Source: Bacteroidales bacterium (GTDB lineage Bacteria; Bacteroidota; Bacteroidia; Bacteroidales; UBA10428). Taken from it: a DNA stretch of 64,000 nucleotides. A program made the position numbers and the translations under genes. Position 1 is the first letter of the stretch. The number at the start of each line of letters is the position of its first letter. Shown here piece after piece: positions 58,166 to 64,000 of the stretch. Under the pieces are notes generated by a model. It was not told the origin of the DNA and did not search any database. It was given only the letters and a program-made list of their open reading frames with translations. The DNA lies in assembly GCA_016936215.1 (NCBI GenBank), contig JAFGPL010000111.1:12459-76458 (forward strand), given 5' to 3'.

Positions 58166-59302
58166 TCAGTTTTTCAGGCAGGATGAAAGCTTTATCCCGA
58201 GGTCAAGAAAAATGATCTTGTCGTAGCCGTTGGCTTCTATATCGCGATATGCAACATTAAACAGGTTGTAAATTTTTTTAACATTTCGCTGGTTGATAAA
58301 AGGGTGAAACCTTTGTGAAAAGTTCAGCTCTTCATCGGAAATATAAGTAATTTCGGGCTGTTTAAAATTCATTACAAAATTCTGCCTGATCAGGCCCAGG
58401 GCATAATCAAAAAACCGCTTCTGCTGTTCCCTCCCGATTTCGGATAATTCATCTGCCATTTTTAACAGGGGCAACGGCGTGCCTTTATAGGCTGCCCTCA
58501 TAAATTCACCGAAAGTATGAAAAAAATACTTCATTTCGCCGCTCGAATTGATGAGTTCCAGGGCCCTCTGGTAACTTCCGTTGGACAGGTGCAGGAGGTT
58601 TTCTACCCGCGCCTGGGGAAGCTGATGTTTTTCAGTAAGCACCTTTCGAAGGTCGTCGTCATGTATCCTTGGCACTTTGATGATCTGAACCCTTGAAAGA
58701 ATAGTGGGGAGTATCTCATGTATGAAATCGGCCACCAGTAATAAAACTGTATTATCGGGAGGTTCTTCTATCAACTTAAGCAGGGTATTTGCACACGAAG
58801 GGTTCATTTTTTCAGGCAGCCATATAATCATAATTTTATAATCCGATTCAAATGACTTCAGGTTTAATTTCTTCAAAATCTGCCTGCTTTCTTCCCTGCC
58901 AATCAGGCCCTGTTTGTTTTCAATTTCAATAAACTCGTACCATTGGGCTTCGCTCATATAAGGGTTCTGTAACAAACAATTTCTCCATTCGTTGATATAA
59001 TCATCGCTCACCGGATCTTTCACAACCCTTTTACTTGTACTAACGGGGTAAACAAAATGCAGATCGGGATGGATAAGTTTGTTGTATTTATGACAACTGG
59101 TACATGTGCCGCATGAATCATTGCCTGTTCTGTTTAAGCAACTGATATACTGGGCATATGCAACGGCAAGCGGAAGAGCGCCACTGCCTTCGGGCCCGTA
59201 AAACAAAAGTGCATGTGCAATGCGGTTGTCTTTTACCGTCTGCAAAAGATTTTCTTTTATATTTTTCTGGCCGATAATGTCTTTAAACTGCATAATGGGC
59301 AA
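58166..59302 (-). CDS. holB: DNA polymerase III subunit delta'
   Basis: AHALLFYGPEGSG P-loop-like motif. Zinc module C..C..C. SRVQ sensor motif. ANTLLKLIEEPP. Confidence 0.85.
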   Translation of the reverse strand: MPIMQFKDIIGQKNIKENLLQTVKDNRIAHALLFYGPEGSGALPLAVAYAQYISCLNRTGNDSCGTCTSCHKYNKLIHPDLHFVYPVSTSKRVVKDPVSDDYINEWRNCLLQNPYMSEAQWYEFIEIENKQGLIGREESRQILKKLNLKSFESDYKIMIIWLPEKMNPSCANTLLKLIEEPPDNTVLLLVADFIHEILPTILSRVQIIKVPRIHDDDLRKVLTEKHQLPQARVENLLHLSNGSYQRALELINSSGEMKYFFHTFGEFMRAAYKGTPLPLLKMADELSEIGREQQKRFFDYALGLIRQNFVMNFKQPEITYISDEELNFSQRFHPFINQRNVKKIYNLFNVAYRDIEANGYDKIIFLDLGIKLSSCLKN

Positions 59303-59465
59303 AAGTAAACAAATGGGACAGATTTTTTAGCAATGTACCATATTTTTCCGATGAAACTACTTTCTGAAAGAACTCAATACACCCGTATACCTTGAAATTT
59401 ATTATGTGCCGGTAAAAAATGAATCAATCAGAATTGTTTTGTTTATAGTATTTGATCATTTGTAT

Positions 59466-59473
59466 TACCTTTG
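59466..59473 (+). promoter_or_regulatory. Candidate Bacteroidota -7 promoter box (TACCTTTG) for pgk
   Basis: Exact TAnnTTTG 32 nt upstream of the pgk ATG. TTTG motifs lie upstream at 59438-59441 and 59451-59454. Confidence 0.35.
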
Positions 59474-59504
59474 TGATTCTTTAACAAAAATATAATTTAT
59501 TATT

Positions 59505-60767
59505 ATGCAGACTATTGATAAATACAATTTTAAGGGTAAACGCGCCATCATCCGAGTAGACTTTAATGTTCCGCTCAACAAGCAAACCTTTGAGGTTACA
59601 GATGATACCCGCATCAGGGGCGCACTGCCAACCATAAAAAAAGTACTGTCTGACGGTGGTTCGGCAATCTTAATGTCTCACCTGGGGCGACCGGATGGTA
59701 AAGTACAGGAGAAATTTTCTATGAAACATATTGTACCGTCGGTTGAAAAAGTACTGGGGGTAAAGGTAAAATTTGCCGGAGACTGTATGGGCGAAACAGC
59801 AAAAAACATGGCTGCATCGCTTCAGCCGGGAGAGGTAATGCTTCTTGAAAATTTGCGTTTTTACGAGGAAGAAGAAGGCAAACCATATCATCTGGGCGAA
59901 AATCCAACCGATGAAGAAAAAAAAGCCGGTAAAGCAAAAGTAAAGGAAAGCCAGAAAGATTTTGTTAAAAAACTGGCCGGGTATGCCAACTGCTACGTGA
60001 ACGATGCCTTTGGTACTGCTCACCGTGCGCATGCCTCTACCGCTCTGATTGCTTCTTACTTTCCAAATAACAGCATGTTCGGGTTTCTTATCGGGGCAGA
60101 ACTCAAAGCGATGGACAAAGTGCTGAAGGCAGCCGAAAAACCATTTACCGCCATTATGGGTGGTGCTAAAGTTTCTGATAAAATACTGATTATTGAAAAC
60201 CTGCTCGACCGTGTTGATAATCTGATTATTGGCGGGGGAATGACTTATACATTTGTAAAAGCCAAAGGGGGCAAAATAGGAAAATCACTTTGCGAGGAAG
60301 ACAAATTGGACCTTGCACTTAACCTGCTGAAAAAAGCTGAAGAGAAAGGCGTAAAAGTTTATTTACCAGTAGATGCTGTTAACGCCGATGCTTTTGATGC
60401 AAATGCCAATACCGGAAAATCCAAAGTAGATGAAACACCCGACGGGTGGATGGGCCTGGATATTGGAGAGGGTTCAATTAAACTGTTTTCTGATGTGATC
60501 GAAAATTCCAAAACCATTCTATGGAACGGGCCTATGGGTGTATTTGAAATGGAAAAATTCGCACAGGGTACATCGGCTATCGCACAGGCTATTGCCAGGG
60601 CTACTGCAAAAGGCGCCTTCAGCCTTATCGGGGGTGGCGATTCGGTAGCTGCAATCAATAAAAACAAGCTTGCCGATAAAGTAAGTTATGTTTCGACCGG
60701 AGGCGGTGCCATGCTCGAATACATGGAAGGCAAAGAACTTCCCGGCATAAAAGCCATACTGGGATAA
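59505..60767 (+). CDS. pgk: Phosphoglycerate kinase
   Basis: [32 protein letters not shown] motifs. 420 aa, including the Lys/Glu-rich insertion typical of Bacteroidota Pgk. Confidence 0.92.
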   Translation: MQTIDKYNFKGKRAIIRVDFNVPLNKQTFEVTDDTRIRGALPTIKKVLSDGGSAILMSHLGRPDGKVQEKFSMKHIVPSVEKVLGVKVKFAGDCMGETAKNMAASLQPGEVMLLENLRFYEEEEGKPYHLGENPTDEEKKAGKAKVKESQKDFVKKLAGYANCYVNDAFGTAHRAHASTALIASYFPNNSMFGFLIGAELKAMDKVLKAAEKPFTAIMGGAKVSDKILIIENLLDRVDNLIIGGGMTYTFVKAKGGKIGKSLCEEDKLDLALNLLKKAEEKGVKVYLPVDAVNADAFDANANTGKSKVDETPDGWMGLDIGEGSIKLFSDVIENSKTILWNGPMGVFEMEKFAQGTSAIAQAIARATAKGAFSLIGGGDSVAAINKNKLADKVSYVSTGGGAMLEYMEGKELPGIKAILG

Positions 60768-60795
60768 CAGAATTATTATACCAATTTGTTTTTAG

Positions 60796-60840
60796 GCTCG
60801 TTTTAGCTATTTTTATAGCCTGAAACGAGCTTTATTATTT
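60796..60840 (+). terminator. Rho-independent terminator after pgk
   Basis: GCTCGTTT..GCTAT-tttt-ATAGC..AAACGAGC compound hairpin (60796-60830) followed by TTTATTATTT. Confidence 0.65.
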
Positions 60841-60858
60841 TAAATCCGAGATTATTAT

Positions 60859-61674
60859 ATGAACATAAAAAAAATAACAGTTATCGGCGGCGGAAACCTG
60901 GGGACTGCCATTGCAAAAGGCCTCCTCAAACTAAAGAATTTCGGTGCTGGGGATATTCTTATTACCGAAAAAAGACAACCACGGCTCCGGTTTCTTGAAG
61001 AAAACGGTTTCAATGTCACAGGCGGGCCCAACAATGTTGCTATAAATAATGCAGACATCATAATTGTAGCTGTAAAACCCCAGCAGGTTTATGAAGTGCT
61101 TCACGAAATCAAAGATGATTTTGATAAAAATAAGCAGGTGCTGGTATCCACGGTAACAGGAATTAACCTTGCAGACCTTGGAAAACATATGGGTACTGTA
61201 CCTCTGGTGCGCATTATGCCAAACACTGCTATTGAAATTCTTGAATCAATGACCTGTTTGTCGTTTGCAAATACAAGCAAAAGCCAGGAAGAGGCAATTC
61301 TTCATCTTTTTCAGCAAATGGGCAATGCCATGGTCATACAGGAAGAGCTTATGGCAGCAGTAACCGTTTTGGGGGCATGCGGCATAGCGTTCGCTCTCAG
61401 GTTTATCAGGGCGGCTACACAGGGTGGGATCGAAATTGGTTTCGGGGCCGAAGTTTCACAACTAATTGCTGCCCAAACAGTAAAGGGCGCTGCCCAACTC
61501 CTGCTCGAAAACAACAGCCACCCCGAACGTGAAATTGATAAAGTAACAACCCCCCAGGGAATTACAATCTCAGGTTTAAATGAAATGGAACACCAGGGAT
61601 TCAGTTCTGCACTCATCAAAGGGCTTATTACGTCGTACAACAAGCTTGAAAAAATGCAGGCAAACGGCAATTAA
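60859..61674 (+). CDS. proC: Pyrroline-5-carboxylate reductase
   Basis: N-terminal Rossmann motif VIGGGNLGTAIAKG. C-terminal PGGITI-like motif (TTPQGITISGL). Confidence 0.88.
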   Translation: MNIKKITVIGGGNLGTAIAKGLLKLKNFGAGDILITEKRQPRLRFLEENGFNVTGGPNNVAINNADIIIVAVKPQQVYEVLHEIKDDFDKNKQVLVSTVTGINLADLGKHMGTVPLVRIMPNTAIEILESMTCLSFANTSKSQEEAILHLFQQMGNAMVIQEELMAAVTVLGACGIAFALRFIRAATQGGIEIGFGAEVSQLIAAQTVKGAAQLLLENNSHPEREIDKVTTPQGITISGLNEMEHQGFSSALIKGLITSYNKLEKMQANGN

Positions 61675-61710
61675 TAAAAAAAGAGTTGTATGTCTTAAAT
61701 TATTTTTCAG

Positions 61711-61718
61711 TATCTTTG
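61711..61718 (+). promoter_or_regulatory. Candidate Bacteroidota -7 promoter box (TATCTTTG) for cysE
   Basis: Exact TAnnTTTG 20 nt upstream of the ATG at 61738. Confidence 0.35.
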
Positions 61719-61737
61719 CGTTTTGAGTTTCTTAAAA

Positions 61738-62583
61738 ATGATGAATATAAAAAAATTACCTGAACACCTGTACGATCAGTATAAAAATTTCAGGAAAGAT
61801 ATACCCTCACTTGTTAAAGCCCAGAATTTTGCCGACAATATAATAAACTTTCTGTTTCCTTTCAAAGCCGACAGAAGGTGCTCCCTGCCGCTTATTGAAC
61901 TTAACCTTGCACAACTTCAACTCGATTTTAAAGACCTCATCAATCCTCTGGAAAACACTCTTACGAAAAGTGTTAACGAAGTAACAGATGAGTTTTTTCA
62001 AAAAGTTCCCGCTATCTATGAAAGCCTGATGAAAGATGCCAGGATGTTCTTTGATTTCGATCCGGCAGCCAAATCAATGGAGAGTGTAATTCTTTATTAC
62101 CCCGGATTTTACTGTATCTCCATATATCGCCTGGCAAATGTGCTGTATAATCTTAAAATACCTTTTCTTCCAAGAATGATGTCTGAATATGCACATAGTA
62201 AAACCGGCATTGACATTCATCCCGGTGCAACCATCGGCGATCATTTCTTTATTGACCATGGAACCGGTATCGTGATAGGCGAAACAACCATCATCGGCAA
62301 AAATGTAAAAATATACCAGGGCGTAACCCTGGGTGCTGCCTATGTTAAAAAGAGCATGAAAGGTATCAAGCGCCACCCCACCATCGAAGACAATGTAATT
62401 GTATATTCAGGCAGTTCCATCCTGGGGGGCGACACGGTTATCGGCCATGATACCATAGTTGGGGGCAATGTATGGCTCACCAAAAGTGTTCCCCCGTTTT
62501 CTGTGGTATATCACGAAAGTAAGGTAGTGATCCGCGATAGTAAAAAATTCACCGAGAACCAACCCATAAATTTTATTATATGA
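61738..62583 (+). CDS. cysE: Serine O-acetyltransferase
   Basis: Hexapeptide-repeat core IHPGATIGDHFFIDHGTGIVIGETTIIGKNVKIYQGVTLG. The track start at 61723 is TTG; ATG codons are at 61738 and 61741. Confidence 0.85.
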   Translation: MMNIKKLPEHLYDQYKNFRKDIPSLVKAQNFADNIINFLFPFKADRRCSLPLIELNLAQLQLDFKDLINPLENTLTKSVNEVTDEFFQKVPAIYESLMKDARMFFDFDPAAKSMESVILYYPGFYCISIYRLANVLYNLKIPFLPRMMSEYAHSKTGIDIHPGATIGDHFFIDHGTGIVIGETTIIGKNVKIYQGVTLGAAYVKKSMKGIKRHPTIEDNVIVYSGSSILGGDTVIGHDTIVGGNVWLTKSVPPFSVVYHESKVVIRDSKKFTENQPINFII

Positions 62584-62780
62584 TACCCAGGGCCCTTATA
62601 ATCATACGGTATATGGGTTTTGCTGCTTCCTATTGTCCCTCGCAGGAGGGAAATGCATTATATCAATAATGCCATCATATACACTTTTCAAACTTTTCAA
62701 CCGGTTTTATTGTTTCAGTGCTTGTATATTTTGGCTTTTACTATTACAATTATGAATAATTATACTATAAAAAACACTAT

Positions 62781-63692
62781 ATGAAAGCAGTAAATATTCT
62801 CGATACAATTGGTAACACACCCCATATAAGAATCAATTATTTGTTCCCGAAAGGGTATGAAGTCTGGATAAAACTTGAACGGTCGAATCCCGGGGGAAGC
62901 ATTAAAGACAGGATAGCGCTTGCTATGGTTGAAGACGCCGAAAAAAAAGGGACCCTCAGCGAAGGCAGCATTATCATCGAACCTACATCGGGAAATACCG
63001 GTATTGGCCTTGCCATGGTGGCGGCTGTTAAAAAATACAGGTTAATTCTTGTTATGCCCGAATCAATGTCTGTAGAAAGAAGAAAAATTATGTCGGCTTA
63101 TGGCGCCGAATTTGAACTTACCCCCCGCGAAAAAGGGATGAAAGGGGCAATAGAAAGAGCTTTGCAACTGGCATCAGAAAACCCCGGGGCATGGATACCC
63201 TCCCAGTTCGATAACAAGGCAAATGTGGAAATTCATAAAAGCACCACCGCCGCTGAAATTATAAACGATTTCCCTGACGGGTTCGATTACCTGGTTACAG
63301 GTGTCGGTACCGGCGGTCATATTTCCGGGGTTACCGAAATATTAAAAAAGAAATTCCCGTCGCTCAAAGCTTTTGCAGTAGAACCTGAACTTTCACCCGT
63401 AATCAGCGGCGGACAACCGGGGCCTCATCCCATACAGGGCATCGGGGCAGGCTTTATCCCTGCAAACCTTTATACCAGTTTGCTCGATGGCACTATTCAG
63501 GTATCAAAAGACGAAGCTTTTGAATTTGCCCGCAAGGCTGCAAAAGAGGAAGGCCTTTTCGGGGGAATTTCTTCGGGTGCAACCCTTGCTGCAATTGCAA
63601 AAAAAATCAAGGAGCTGCCAAAAGGCTCCAGAATTCTCGGGTTTAATTACGACAGCGGTGAAAGATACCTCTCTGTGGAAGGACTTTATTAA
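62781..63692 (+). CDS. cysK: Cysteine synthase A (O-acetylserine sulfhydrylase)
   Basis: PLP-lysine motif [29 protein letters not shown]. Confidence 0.92.
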   Translation: MKAVNILDTIGNTPHIRINYLFPKGYEVWIKLERSNPGGSIKDRIALAMVEDAEKKGTLSEGSIIIEPTSGNTGIGLAMVAAVKKYRLILVMPESMSVERRKIMSAYGAEFELTPREKGMKGAIERALQLASENPGAWIPSQFDNKANVEIHKSTTAAEIINDFPDGFDYLVTGVGTGGHISGVTEILKKKFPSLKAFAVEPELSPVISGGQPGPHPIQGIGAGFIPANLYTSLLDGTIQVSKDEAFEFARKAAKEEGLFGGISSGATLAAIAKKIKELPKGSRILGFNYDSGERYLSVEGLY

Positions 63693-63817
63693 ATTGACCT
63701 GGATTATAGTCTGATGAAGCTGTACCTGAAATAAAAGTTTTCATTATACTCGTGATGAAACATTATTTTCGGTATCAGCTTCTTTTTTAATATTTTTGTT
63801 TCTTTTTCACATTCAGA

Positions 63818-64000
63818 ATGAAATTAATTGATACGCATGCCCATCTCTATCTGGACAATTTTGATGCCGACCGTGATACCGTTGTAAAGAATGCTTTAAA
63901 TGCCGGAATAGAAAAAATTGTCCTTCCAAACATTGACTCCGGGTCTGTAAATGATTTGAAAAAGATTTGCCTCAGCCACCCCGGATTTTTTTTGCCTTTA
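63818..64000 (+). CDS. TatD-family metal-dependent hydrolase, 5' part (runs off the right edge)
   Basis: ATG at 63818 opens MKLIDTHAHLYLDNFDADRD..., the TatD DTH.H motif. The frame stays open to the end of the window (61 codons). Confidence 0.75.
   Translation, partial: MKLIDTHAHLYLDNFDADRDTVVKNALNAGIEKIVLPNIDSGSVNDLKKICLSHPGFFLPL

Noticed and set aside
63716-63788. Possible extended terminator after cysK (GAAGCTGTACC ... GGTATCAGCTTC + T6)
   Set aside because: The arms are 44 nt apart and one has a bulge. It is plausible but weaker than the other terminators, so it is not listed as a feature. It may still end the cysK transcript.
1-64000. Search for CRISPR arrays, tRNA/rRNA genes, IS elements, integrases, prophage or classical defence and toxin-antitoxin modules
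   Set aside because: No regularly spaced direct repeats, no cloverleaf-like or rRNA-like stretches in the intergenic gaps (all under 350 nt), and no transposase, integrase or reverse-transcriptase-like ORFs were seen. The window looks like core chromosome with surface-protein cassettes, not a mobile island.

Overview
This window looks like a chromosomal segment from a Bacteroidota bacterium. The evidence is Bacteroidota-style signal peptides ending in ..NAQQ/..AQQ, TAnnTTTG -7 boxes, little Shine-Dalgarno signal, and many gld/por genes. It is almost fully coding. I see no rRNA, tRNA, CRISPR array, transposase, integrase or phage genes.

The main theme is type IX secretion (T9SS) and gliding motility, spread over at least five loci:
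- a porP-gldK-gldL-gldM-gldN core operon (572-6496)
- a T9SS type-A cargo protein with a 7-bladed RCC1 propeller (24398-26434)
- a 1361-aa type-B-CTD surface protein followed by its own PorP/SprF paralog and a PD40/PKD protein (27439-33880)
- sprE(porW)-porX-tsaE (48557-53247)
- gldH inside a holB-PSP1-gldH-trmB run (55749-59302)

The rest is housekeeping: manC-like, mlaEF-like, fabH, nadC, rlmH, rluB, glmM, a MacA/FtsX/TolC efflux set, ald, Fe-S carriers, pgk, proC and cysE-cysK.

The stretches most worth follow-up have no characterised function:
1. A tightly packed minus-strand operon (9668-15637) encoding a membrane-anchored beta-propeller protein, a lipoprotein and an outer-membrane barrel-like protein.
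2. The type-B cargo cassette, with its poly-glycine N-terminal module and six 96-aa repeats.
3. A secreted 322-aa protein followed by a propeller/Y_Y_Y sensor fused to a SpoIIE/PP2C phosphatase, with no partner-switching genes nearby.
4. A 146-nt element bounded by 20-nt inverted repeats that starts exactly at the rluB stop codon.

All family assignments come from motif recognition by eye. No database search was run.
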